Source of the DNA: Marsupella aquatica
Lineage: Eukaryota; Plantae; Marchantiophyta
Direction of reading: 5' to 3'
Assembly (NCBI GenBank): GCA_973895155.1
Contig: OZ316895.1
Coordinates: 17,811,437-17,875,436, forward strand
DNA: 64,000 bases
Shown: positions 50,932 to 62,916 of the stretch, one piece after another
Numbering within the stretch: the stretch's first letter is position 1
Layout of the letters: the number at the start of each line of letters is the position of its first letter
Position numbers and translations under genes: made by a program
Notes under the pieces: generated by a model
Databases searched by the model: none
What the model was told of the DNA's origin: nothing
Seen by the model: only the letters and a program-made list of their open reading frames with translations

Positions 50932-53689
50932 GAGTTCCCTCTTCCAATTATATTCGGCTCCGGGGTTTAGGATTCAAGAGAAACTACAAGCGAGCGAGGG
51001 CGGGAGTCGATGATGACTGTCAATCACAGAGCTAAAGGTGTTCCAATCGCAATTGCTTAGGTTATTTTGGAGTGCAACCCTACGGCGATTAGGTTCCTAG
51101 GCAGCTATATTTAAGCTAGCGCCGAGCGCTGCTAAAGCTGGATGCTTTCCATATCCATTTTTCAGTACTTAATGTTTTGTTAGGATTTGGTAATCTGGGT
51201 AATATGTTTTTGCCCATTTTGATAGGAAATGCTGTTTGGATCGACCCATTTTCCTCTCCATGGTGTTACACATGGAAGGGCGGGATTGTAGTTTTAAGCT
51301 AGCGCCGAGCGCTACTTATACTCATTGCTTTTCGTCGCCCATGTAATCTCGGTGATATGTTTTCGCCCATTTTTGAAGTAAATGAATTTGTGATCGGCTC
51401 AATCTCCAATGTCTGGTTTTCCTCTTGATGGCGTTAAACATGGATTTCGGGATTTTGAGGTTTAAACTAGCAATGAGATCCGGATTTTATTGTTGTATGA
51501 CCCTGCCTCTGTTGATTTGAATTGCCTCATTTTTAGCCGCTCATTGTCTTATCGATTGAGGTTACGTAGATTTTCGTTTGATTTTTCCTTCTTCTATGAA
51601 ACCCTACCAGCTTTCTATTCGCTTCATTGATACCAGCGCTGGACGCTGGTAATCATCGCAAATTTGGGTCGGACTACCCGATGGGATATTTCCTCCGGAA
51701 TTAGACGGTTTTAATGAAAATGACTCAAATGGGCTTTAGTTTTGATTGTTTGGAATCCTTTTTTTGGTCCGATGTTTTTGGTTTTTACCTCCAATTCTCC
51801 TGGTAACAGTAACTGTTTCCTGTTACTGTTTCCTGGTTCCTGTCTTTTGTAAATACCCCCCAAAATGAGGAGTACCTAGTGTCGCTATCATCAAAGAAAT
51901 GTTGCACTTGTTGGGAGCTGCAAGAGATGGTGTGGCCATGTGAGCATATAATGGTGTGGGATGACCAGGAAGGCAGAGATTTTTCTGCTCATTCTCACAA
52001 ATGTTGGCAGACTGCTTCAATTAGGGCTTTGTATGACAATGTTTTACCTAGCTTTACTGTATCAGACTTAATGCCAAGTCCAAATTGTGTTGCTCCTATG
52101 GCTGCTAGGAAAAGGGGCAGACATAAAATGGTCTGCATCAAACAGGGTCGTTGTGGGGGAGGCATCCACCTAGGGCTCTTGGAGAAGGCAAAGATTCATT
52201 GTTTGACTCCCTTGGACAACTATTCTTGAGATATCCACTAGATGATGATCCAAACAGGGTGGAACCCTTTTCAACAGCAAACACTATTGCTGGACTTCCA
52301 ATTGTTCAAGTTCAATCGAGGGCAAAGAAAGCGGGGCCTAACATTGGGAAGTGCAGGTGCAGTTAGTGTGGGCAGGTTGGACATAACCAAAGATCTTGTG
52401 ATAAAGTCCATAGTGCGACGCCAACAGATCCGGCAAGAGCAAGGATCCAACATTAACAATCTTCTTGTATATATCATGACTTGTGGGCTTCATGCATGTG
52501 TGGTCTCATGCTAGGGTCAAATTTTAAAATTGCCTTCATATGCAGGTGGATAATGGTGATGAAGTCAATTTGGAGCACCCACCTGTGTCACCCTTTCCTT
52601 GGGAAGACCAAATACTACAGATTGAATATAGTATTGAGTCGACAGCACCAACAGCAAGCACAAGACCAATCCAGACCATTGTATCTTAGCCCCTTCTCCC
52701 AAATAGTGAACAACAATTTCCACAAGCTTTCATTGATAGGTGCATGGAATTGGCCAATGAGGCTGCAATAGTGTCAGGGATTTGGGTCACAATATCATGT
52801 TGATATTACTGAACCTTACTAATTTATTACTGAACTTTGGTTGTGCATCAAAATAGACTCTTGTCACATTTTTCCACCATTATTCTCTCATGAGTACAAC
52901 ATATTCAATCATGTTGTCTTCATGTTTCTCTTCCATCCTTGCACGTGAAGACAACAACCATGTTGTCTTCTTAACTTCCTTCATTGATATTGAAGACATT
53001 GACCATAATGTCTTCAAATTTTCAAATTTGAATCTACTTCCGCAATGATATTGGCAGGACCGTTGGTGTCGATTGAGTGTTCCATGGAGAATGTGCGCAT
53101 TTTGTGAGCGGACTCAAGCGAACATCTTTGAAGTGGTCCATGTGAGTGACAGCGGAGATCTTAGGAGACCAGTGCAGTAGAGGACGGACAGGACAACACT
53201 GCAGTGCCAGAGAGAGAGGTTTGAGTAGATTGTGCAGCACCAGAGAGAGCAAGAGCGCCAAGGATAGGATTGACATCTGGCAATGACAAAGTTCAGTTGT
53301 TTTGGGCATTGGGGTTTGCCATATGGACCGTATATGCAGTTTTGAGTGCACTATTCTTCTTCTTCCATCGCATGTTGGAACAGGTTTGTGTTGTCTCCAG
53401 TGTGGAATTGAGATAGGCTGCCTCCCCTTGCTCAGAGTACGACGCCATCAAAACTAGAGGGTCATGATTCCCCTGTAGTGGCTGCTGTTGGGCTACCAAA
53501 ACCTGTATCGGCTCGGCGCCAGGGTGCTAATGCAAGTCCATCTTTGTCATCCTCACAAGCACAATTGGTACTAAGGACAAAGCAGCTCCTCCTTGTGGTA
53601 CCTACAGCCCACAAAGACATTAGAATACATCGACAAAGAGGTATTCACATTCCACAATGAAGCAATTGGACACCAATGATGAGGACCAA

Positions 53690-56040
53690 GGAATTTTGCT
53701 GTTACACCCTTAGGCATAACTGTGAGGAGTTGGCAGCCAGTGCAGGGTCTGGTGTTGGCGCTGGTATAGGGGCTGGTGCTTCTGCTGGTCCTGGTGTAGG
53801 GGCATGTGCTAGTGGTGGTCTAGGGGTATGGGCAGGTGCGAGGGCAGGTGTAGGTGTTGGTGTTGTTACAGGGGCAGGGGCTGAGTATTCATTTGTTGGG
53901 ACAGGGGTTGGGGCAGGCGCAAGGGATTGCTCCACCAAATTTCCCTTTCCTTTTTGCCTTTTGCTTGCTTTTTCTTGTTGTTGCCCTTCCTAAAATCCAA
54001 AGCAACATCAAAAGACATTGACAAAGAGGTATTCACATTACTCAAAAATTGGACGCCGCTCATGAGAAGGAATTCAATGTGGCCTAAGACACAAAGGCGT
54101 ACCTAAGAGGGGTTGGTTGCTGGTACTGGGATTGCTAGTGCCATTGGTGCTGAGGACATTGCTGACACATCCCTTCCCCTTTGTCTTCCTCCCTACAATG
54201 AACAAAATTGTTAATTGACATAGAAGAAGTGACGGTTGTGTATTCACTCCCTGCAAAGCAATTTGATAAGGAAATTAGCTTGGTACATGAAGTCATACCT
54301 AGGAGGGGTTGGTTGTCGATACTGGGATTGCTAGTGCCACTGGTGTTGAGGACATTGCTGACACACCCCTTCCCCTTTGTCTTCCTCCCTACAATGAACA
54401 AAATTATTAATTGACATAGAAGACAGTGAGCGTTGTGTATTCACTCCCTGCAAAGCAGTTTGATAAGAAAATTAGCCTGGTACATGAAGGCGTACCTGGG
54501 AGGGGTTGCTTGTCGGTGCCGGTGCTGCTGCTGGTTATGGGGGCACTGGTGATACACCCCTAAGTCCCCTTCTACTTCCTCCCTACAATGGAGAATATCA
54601 TTAAGTGACTTGAATACACTGAGGGTTGTGTATTTAACCCCTGCAAAGTAATATGAATAGAAAGGAATGTGGCCTTGTACATGAAGGCAAACCAGGCTGA
54701 CTTGTATCAGATTTTTTGTGCACGGGCTAGAATGAAGAAATTGTAGTGCACGCCAAAGACAATTAGGTTGATGTATTCAGACTTTGCAAACCATTTCAAA
54801 CTAATGTTTTTACAGAAAACACAACTTAGGTAGACCTGGGACTTGCAAGTAACCACTTCCAAGACTTACAATCTGTGGTGCAAGGGCTGGTGCTGGTGAT
54901 TCCACTGCTACACATCCTCCACTTGCCCTTCCCCTTTGTCCCTAGACTGAAGAAATTGCAGTGCACGCCAAAGACAATCATGTTCATGCATGTATTTAGA
55001 CATTGCAAAGCATTTCAAACAAATGTTTTTACAGAAAACACAAAGGCAGACCTGGGAGGGGTTTGTTGACGTTGAAGGGGCTGGTGCTGCTTCTTCTACT
55101 GGTATACCCCTTCCCCTTCATCTTTGTCCCTACAATATATGAAGAGAATGCTTAGGGGAGTGAAAAGACATTGGGGTTTAAATATTCAGACTAGATTGCA
55201 ATTGAAGGACTTCCAAGTAAGCACTTTTGAGACTTACAATCTATGGTGCAAGGGCTGGTGCTGGTGATTCCACTTCTACAACCCCTCCACTTGCCCTTCC
55301 CTTTTGTCCCTAGAATGAAGAAATTGCAGTGCACGCCAAAGACAATGAAACAGATGTATTGAGACATTGCAAAGCATTTCAAACAAATGTTTTTATAGAA
55401 AACACAAAGGCAAACCTGGGAGTGAAAAGACATTGGGGTTTAAGTATTCAAACTAGATTGCAATTGAAGACTTCCAAGACTTACAATCTGTGGTGCATGG
55501 GCTGGTGCTGGTGATTCCACTTTTACAACCCCTCCACTTGCCCTTCCCCTTCGTCCCTAAAATGAAAGAAATTGCACTGCATACCAAAGACAATGAGATA
55601 GATGTATTTAGACATTGCAAAGCATTTCAGACAAATGTTTTTACTTGAAACACAAAGGCAAACCTGGGAGGGGTTTGTTGACATTGGAGGGGTTGGTGCT
55701 GCTTTTTCTACGGGATGGGGACTCCACTGGTACACCCCTTCCCCTTCGTCTTCGTCCCTACAATGTATGAAGAAAATGCTTAGGGGAGTGAAAAGACATT
55801 GGGGTTTAAGTATTCAGACTAGATTGCAATTGAAGGACTTCCAAGTTTGCACTTCCAAGACTTACAATCTGTGGTGCAGGGGCTGCTGGTGGTGGTCGTG
55901 TTGCTGTTGCTCGTACCGACTCCAATAGTACAATCTGTGGTGCAAGGGCTGGTGGTGCTGGTGCAAGTGGTGGTAAGGACGCCAAGACTAACATACACGG
56001 TACAGGGGCTGGTCTTGTTGCTACGACTGGCGCTATGAAG
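53690..56040 (-). repeat. Tandemly amplified exon-intron modules encoding low-complexity TKGKGK/PT-rich peptides (probable accessory gene of the host Mutator element)
   Basis: Repeated CCCTTCCCCTTTGTC(TT)CCT(CCCT)ACAATG units at ~54170, 54367, 54926, 55287, 55540 and 55736, with minus-strand AG acceptors and GT donors. Confidence 0.6.
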
Positions 56041-56082
56041 TCTGGGAGTAGAGTCTTTGGTGTAGGGGTTGGTGGTGCTACC

Positions 56083-56764
56083 TATTGAGCATAGACGACA
56101 TTCGCAACTACAAGCCCATGAACCATCCAACGTACAAGAGTTGACATAGAGAGATATGTAGTTCACCTCCACATGAGACTACGTCCACGGGAACACACAA
56201 GAGCTTTACTGCACTCTAGGCCGATCGGCCATACCAAGCATCGACAGCATAAGTTCTCCCTATCTCTCAACTAGCTCCGTAACAATGAACCTTACTGTTA
56301 AGGATTGCTCTTAGTCTTGTGACTCATAGGTTACGGCACTTAGGCTAACCACAATTAGGATTTTAGCTGAGGTTAGATTAGTCGTGTGTGACCTTGTATA
56401 TACCAGGGCTAGTGTAAGCCGCTGGTGGGTGGTGCTTACTCATTGTAACAGAACAACAGGAGGAAGAGAGAGAGCATGTGTGTTCGTCTACTCTTGAAGT
56501 AAAGCTTGAGTGTTCGTGTGGACGTAGCCTTGGAGAAGAGGTGAACCACGTAGAGATTGTGTCGACTACGTGTGCATGGAATGAGTCATGGTTGTATGGT
56601 CGTTGCGAATGACGTCTTAGTTCAACACTTACTCCCACCAGGGGCTGGCACCAGCCCTGACAATATACACAACAACACTACCGCTAACCTTAGCTAAGTC
56701 CTAACCCGAGTTAGCCTCACTGTGGTTAGTTCATGAGTCACAAGACTAAGAGCAATACCTAACA
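56083..56764 (-). repeat. Copia 3' LTR, containing an inserted solo LTR
   Basis: Matches 62917-63264 except for a 337-bp insertion; terminal TG mutated to TA. Confidence 0.9.
56296..56627 (+). mobile_element. Solo LTR of a related copia family, inverted relative to the host LTR
   Basis: TGTTAAGG...TTCAACA flanked by TSD CTTAC (56291-56295 and 56628-56632). Its ends are similar to the reverse complement of the host LTR ends (ATTGCTCTTAGTCTTGTGACTCAT; GTTGCGAATG). Confidence 0.9.
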
Positions 56765-56774
56765 AACTCCCCCT
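56765..56774 (-). other. Copia polypurine tract
   Basis: AGGGGGAGTT on the - strand adjacent to the 3' LTR. Confidence 0.85.
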
Positions 56775-56986
56775 TGACTCTTGTCTTGGGGACTGGACTA
56801 ATTGCTACCATATGGAATCCTCAGCGGGAAGTTCTAGACAATCACCTAAATAGGTCTCCCCTTAAAAACCACAAGGGTTAACTAAGGGTTAACTAGAACT
56901 AAGCCGTAGCCAAACTGGAATGAGTAATCCATATACAAATAGTCACACATTGCTAAATAACTCTACTTGCACAACAACTGCAAAAT

Positions 56987-59900
56987 CTACAAAGTAGCAC
57001 GATGTCTTGATAAAGTGTCCAAAGGAATCACTTTGGTAAAGACATCAGCGGGATTGAGCTTTCCATCAATCTTGACTAGCTCAAAAGTTTTATCAGACAC
57101 TGCTTGCCTGATAAAATGGTACCTGATATCAATGTGCTTCACCCTGCTATCCATCACCTGGTTAGCAACCAAGTGAAGAGCACTCTGACTATCACAATTT
57201 AGAGACATTTTGCCATGCTCTAAACCCATCTCCGTGATCAACTTATCCAACCGAATTGCTTCCTTTACTATTTCTGCTGTTGCAACATATTCTGCTTCTG
57301 TAGTAGACTGAGATATACACTTCAGCAAGGTAGATTTCCAACTAATACATCCTCCTCCAAGAGTAAATACAAACCCAGTTGTAGATCTCCTTGTATCCAG
57401 ACAGCCTCCATAGTCAGAATTTACATAGCCAACTAACGTTCTATCTGATCTGGCATCAAATAGTAATCCATAGTCACGTGTTCCCTTCAGATACCTGAGA
57501 ATCCATTTCACAGCTTCCCAATGTACCTTCCTTGGATTTGACATGAATCTGCTAACCTTGCCCATTGTTAGGGCCAAGTCAGGCCTAGTACAAGTCATCA
57601 AATACATCAGACTGCCTACTGCCTTCTCATAAGGAATCTTAGCCATCAGACCTTTCTTCACAACATCCGTAGGAGAGAAAGCCGATGATAACTTGAAATG
57701 TGAAGCTAAAGGAATACTCAGTGGCTTACAATCCTCCATGTTGAATCGTGCAAGTACCTTCCTCGCATACTTGCCTTGATTCAAGCATAACTGTCCAGTA
57801 TTAGAGTTCCTAAAAATCTCAATCCCTAAGATCCTCTTGGCCTTACCAAGATCCTTCATCCTGAATTCAAAACTCAATTTTGCCTTGAGTTTGTCAACCT
57901 CAGATTGATCTTTAGCCACAATTAGCATGTCATCCACATAGATAACCATAATGATGAAACCAAATACATCATTCTTGATTGATTCTGTATACACACAAGG
58001 ATCATACACCATCCTTGTAAAACCTTGAACAAACATGAAATCATCAAACGCTTGTTCCACTCTCTGGGAGATTGCTTCAATCCATACAAGGACTTGAGCA
58101 ATTTGCAAACTAAGTTCTCTTGGCCCTAGCTTTTTCATAAAGCCTAGTGGCTGTCTCATGAAGATCATCTCTTCCAAGTTGCCATAGAGAAAAGCAGTAA
58201 CAACATCCATCTGATCCATCACCAGACCAAAAAACACAACAAGCTGACACAAGATCCGAATTGTAGAATACTTAGCCACCGGTGAAAAGACCTCATTGTA
58301 GTCCACTCCTTTCTCCTGAGTGAACCCCTTGGCAACAAGCCTTGCCTTGTAGATCTTATCTCCACCCTCTGAAGGACTGTCCTTCAACTTGTAAATCCAC
58401 TTGCTGTCCATCACTTGTTGACCTGTTGGAAGCTCCACCAGCTCCCATGTCTTGTTGTCACTCAAATATTGCAACTCCCTCTGCATTGCTGCATTCCACT
58501 CATGCTTCTGCTCTGAAGCACAAGCCTCACTGTACGAAGAAGACTCTCCTTCTTCCAAGATCAAAGCCATATCATCATCATCAGGTGCAATGTCAATATC
58601 ATCTAGCTTAGATGAGTCTGCCCATTGACCATACTTGGTAGAAGCTCTAGTAGAACGACTGGAAGTTCTTGTAGTGGATGATTCAGGCTGATCTGGTGCT
58701 GCTGCTGGCTGAATTTGAGGTACCCCAGTAACAACCTGCTCCTCTTGTTCCATCACAGGAACCAGCTCCAAGCCCGGAGCTTCTCCATCTCTCCTGTCAT
58801 GAACAACATCATGACTAATCTCCCCCTCAATCCGGTCCGGTATGGGAGATTTCCCCTTGTCAATATGGGAGTCCTGAGAACTCTCCCCCTTCTTTGATGA
58901 TCTGGACTCATTAAAGGATACATCTCTACTGACAATTAGTTTACAGGTGACTGGATCCCATAACCTATAACCCTTTACACCATTCTGATAGCCAAGAGAA
59001 ATGCACTTCTTCGACTTGGACTCTAACTTGGATAGAAGCTGGGAAGGTGTAAGCATATAACCATCACATCCAAAAATCCTCAAATGTGAATAATCTGTTG
59101 GATGCTCGTACCTCATTTCAAATGGCATCTTGAATCCAATAGAACTGGATGGAGAAAAATTTACCAAATAAGCTGTAGTGTTGAGAGCTTCAGCCCAAAA
59201 CTCATGTGGTAAGCATGATTGACTCAACATACTCCTCGAGCGTTCCAATAGTGTTTGGTTGAGCCTTTTAGAAACACCATTCTGCTCAGGAGTATAACTT
59301 GTTGTGAGATGATGTGTAATCCCTTGCTCCTTACAATACGTTCCAAATTCCCCAAAACTGTATTCACCGCCATTATCCGATCGAAGATATCTCACTTTTT
59401 TACCAGTTTGATTCTCAACTTGGGCTTTCCACTCCTTAAAAGTGGCAAAAACATCAGACTTGTTGTGTAAAAAGTATATCCACACATACCTTGAGTAATC
59501 ATCTATGAACGTGACATAGTATAACCGTCCAGAATGTGAGGGAGTACGGGTTGGACCTCACACATCACTACGTACATACTCAAGTACCTCCTTGCAGGTG
59601 TGAGTTCCAACTCCAAAGGGTTTCTTGTGTTGTTTTCCAAGCACACAATACTCACAGAATTCCAACTTACAAGATTGTAAATTAGAAAGTAATCTATTTT
59701 TCTGAAGAAGAGCCAAACCTTTTTCACTCATGTGGCCCAAACGAAAGTGCCAGAGCCGGGCCATCTCCTCATGAGATAAAGTTACATTGGCTTCATCAAA
59801 GACTACATTGCCCTCCAAAAAGTATAGATTTTTATGTCGCTTTCCCTTCAATACAACTTTAGTACCAATTGAAACGTGAAGGACACCATTAGCAGAACTC

Positions 59901-61053
59901 CACCGATGGCCATTTGCTTCTAAAACTCCAAGTGAAATGAGATTTTTCATCATGCTGGGAATATGTCTCACATTCCTCAACATTCTCACAACACCATCAA
60001 ACATCCGAAATCTAACAGATCCAAGTCCAACTACTTGACATGGGATTCCATTTCCCATCAACACTAAACCGTTGGAAACCGTGTAAGAACTGAAAAAATC
60101 TCTTCTAGAGCAAATGTGAAAAGTACATGCACTATCTAGAATCCAGTCATCACTACCCGGATTTGACACTACGTTGAGAGCATAACCTTGGCATCACAAT
60201 ATGTCATCATCATCGAGTAAATCTACCTCATGTGTGCTCGATGTCGCGTTAGCTGATGCAGTAGGGTCCTTTACTCGATAATCCCTTTTCATGTGGCCAG
60301 GCTTGCCACATCTCCAACATGCAAGAGGCTTCCTCTCTTGCGATTTCCCTTTGGATTTAGATCTCCCCCGTGATGTAGATCTAAATCTGTTATGCCCATT
60401 TGTGCGCTGCGCTGGTCTTCCATGGTTCACGTTCAGCGCAGTGCCAGAAGAAGATGTTGTCTGTGCTTGACCCAACTTCTTTTGAGCATCATCAGACAGT
60501 AATGAGCTCACCACCTCATCATACAAAATGGACTTCAGATCTTTGTATAAGAGCACCTATTTCAAGCCCTGATAAGATGGCGGTAAGGAGCTTAGCAGAA
60601 GCAAAGCCTTATCCTCATCTTCAACTCCCTTACCCAGATTTGACAGATCCACCGCTAGACTGTCAAATTCATCCAGGTGATCCTACAACTTGCTCCCTTT
60701 CTTGAGCCTGAGGCTCATCAACAGAGACTTCTTGTACAGCCGGTCTGACGCATCTTCCCGGTAGTACTTCTCTCTTAGAGCCTTGAACAGTGACACGCAA
60801 TCTGCATAATCATCCAACTTCTTGATAATGTGCGGCTTGAGATAAAGCATCACTGTATTGACAGCAATCACCTGCTCCTATCTCCACTGCTTCTCTGAGA
60901 TCTCCTCTTCTCCATCATATTGCTCTTGCAAAGAGAGCAAATGAGCTAAGCCTATGGCCCAAAGAACACCCTTCACTTGCTTCTCCCACAGCAAGTAATC
61001 AGTACGACCATTGTACTTCTCCACCTCAAACTTCACTCCTCCAAATCTTGCCA
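56987..61053 (-). pseudogene. Copia gag-pol polyprotein, frameshifted
   Basis: FEVEKYNGRTDYLLW (gag); CWRCGKPGHMKRD; WILDSACTFH (PR); WHFRLGH...CEYC; LRSDNGGEY, PEQNGVS (INT); YKARLVAKGFTQ, QMDVVTAFL, IYVDDML (RT); EAEY, CDSQSA, KHIDIRYHF, NPADVFTK (RH). Confidence 0.93.
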
Positions 61054-62902
61054 TCTCTCTTTTCTTTCCAACTATGGAAAGCTCTGGTAGTAGTAGAGCT
61101 TCCTCCACTGCACGCCGCACCGGTGATTATACCGGTGATACTAGTTTCTCCTCAAATGGTAGCAGCTCCTCCTCAGACTCACCATCTGACCGCCGTGATC
61201 TTGAAGCTCCACCGACGCCAATTCTTCCAGTATTCTCCGAGTCACTCATATGAAATAATCACGAAAAAACATCTTTTTTCAAAACTTCTCATAAAACTCA
61301 AAACTCAACACCACCGTGTAGCCCACAAAGCTAGGAGTCCAATACTGAAAGCCAAAATCAAAATCAAAATTCGACGGAAAAGTTATTCAAGTTTTGGTTG
61401 GGGTGGGTAAAACCTTGGGAAACTCCCTCATTTTGACCACCTCAGGGAATAACCAAAATACCAAGTACAACTCATGATCGGAATCACGAGTTGATTGGTG
61501 CGTTGCGGTGCTAACTTCAATGGCTATCGCCGCGTCGAAAAAGAACCAAAAAAGTTACCGTTCGGCGCGCAGAATCTTTGTCGGACGGCCAAAAAGTAGA
61601 TCTATGTTTTTTAGGAATATTCCCTGCAGAGTACAACAGGGCTCACAGGGGGCCGTTCCCCCTATCGGAGTGGTTAAAACGGAGGGTCACCGGGCCCAGG
61701 ACAACCAATAGAACAGCCGGCAAGAAAAGACAAAAAATTGGTCCTTAAAAGGGGGTGTAAAGGCGCTTTGGCAAAAATACGCCTTAAAAACGCGCGAGGC
61801 GGGCCAGGGGGTGTACAGGGCGTCAAGGCGGGCAAGTACAAAGGAAAAAAGCAAGGGCGAGGCAGTATCGGGCGGCTGTATATGCAGCCGCGTACAGGCG
61901 CGAAGAGGCCAGGCCGGGGGCGCATACTTGCCATTTGCCAAGAAGGGGGCAGTAGCCGAGTCACAGCCACAACTTGCAAGGGTGTAGCGCAGGGGCCAGC
62001 GAGGACCGGTGGCGAGGTGTGGGGAGGGGGCAGCTGCCAGGCGGCAGAAACTGCGCCGGCCGGCGCTGCATACGAGGTCACGGCCGTGTTGCGGCCTAGA
62101 GCTTGCGGGAATACAAGTGGGTAGGAGACGACGGGCGTAAAGGGGAGGTGTCGGGGTCAAGGTGTGTGTATACATACAAAAATGACCCCTCTAAAAGCAA
62201 AAAATAACCTTAAGGAAAAATTTGCCCTTACTAACCTTTACCGCTGCTGTTTCAAATGAGAAAACAATGAGTTGTCGACGGGTAATGTTGTCGAATTGCA
62301 CTAGCGCTGTTTGCAACTCCAGCACAAATAAAAAACTTCCACCGCAACGCCTTCACTCCGCGTCAAGTACCAATCCCAGGCTCAAAATGACCGCCTCACC
62401 CCGAGCAAACCGTTGAGCCGTAGCACTTTGCGTTTCTTCCACCGAGTTGGACGTCACAAAGGGAAACCCGGTTCAGATGGGAACAAGCTCCATAGCTTGT
62501 GAAAAAAAACCTAAACTCCCCCGACCTTCTCTCGTTACAACGCACTTGGTAACAACTCGATAGCAACTCAGCTATTGAAACGACCAGCTCGCTTCAACCT
62601 TCAACTTGAGCTACAACATGCGACACCTCCCGCACTACATAGCTCACACCGTTGAAAAATGCGAACTCTAGTCTCTCCCCCGAAAACCCGTCGAACACAA
62701 ATAAAACCTGAATGACGCAAACTTTGATTCCTCCGCACCACGGATACCGATCAACGAGTTCTAACCACCGTTAGAGAGCCCTCTTACTAACCTATCCGCT
62801 CAGCCACACACATTCGAGTTTCATATAATGAAACTCCGAATGTAACACCGACAATGAACGTTGGAAAATTGTCACGAAAAAACCTCGTCTCCTCCCAGGC
62901 AT

Positions 62903-62914
62903 GCTCTGATACCA
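62903..62914 (-). other. Copia primer-binding site (initiator tRNA-Met)
   Basis: TGGTATCAGAGC on the - strand, 2 nt from the 5' LTR. Confidence 0.92.
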
Positions 62915-62916
62915 CT

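Larger units (their letters stand above)
40983..51648. repeat. Dispersed 15-bp palindrome (T/C)AGCGCC-N-GGCGCT(A/G), about 16 full and 2 collapsed copies
   Basis: Copies at 40983, 41095, 42775, 45152, 45215, 45319, 45465, 46634, 48045, 48148, 50010, 50094, 50166, 51117, 51300 and 51634; collapsed CTAGCGCTAG at 42879 and 45528. Confidence 0.85.
40577..51858. mobile_element. 11.3 kb Mutator-superfamily DNA transposon carrying a GCM-like DDE transposase and a ParB-like/DNA-methyltransferase-like gene
   Basis: 9-bp TSD CCCAAAATG (40568-40576 and 51859-51867); imperfect short TIRs GGGTAT...GACAGGAA(A/C)CAGG(T/A)AACAG; removing the element restores the host transposase frame. Confidence 0.9.
38776..52405 (+). 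pseudogene. MuDRA-like transposase pseudogene split by the nested element (pieces 38776-40567 and 51868-52405)
   Basis: C..CPFRV...HNC finger; ISLDACH (D1), ACLDGNG, LISDQQK (D2), HATCANHL (CxxH), TSNPVE (E). The frame reads across the insertion TTSQN|EEYLVSLSSKKCCTCWELQEMVWPCEH (SWIM). Terminal C..CGQVGHNQRSC knuckle. Frameshifts and stops. Confidence 0.85.
36971..52420 (+). mobile_element. Decayed MuDR/Mutator element (host of the 40577-51858 insertion); right end not found, probably beyond 64000
   Basis: MuDRA-type transposase remnants. Candidate left terminus GGAGAAACTTTACTTGATCAGCCCCCTC at ~36971 with a repeated ATCAGCCCCCTC; this boundary is tentative. Confidence 0.6.

Noticed and set aside
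61500-62420. ORFs in the copia 5' leader
   Set aside because: Low-complexity GC-rich untranslated region between PBS and gag, with no protein motifs.
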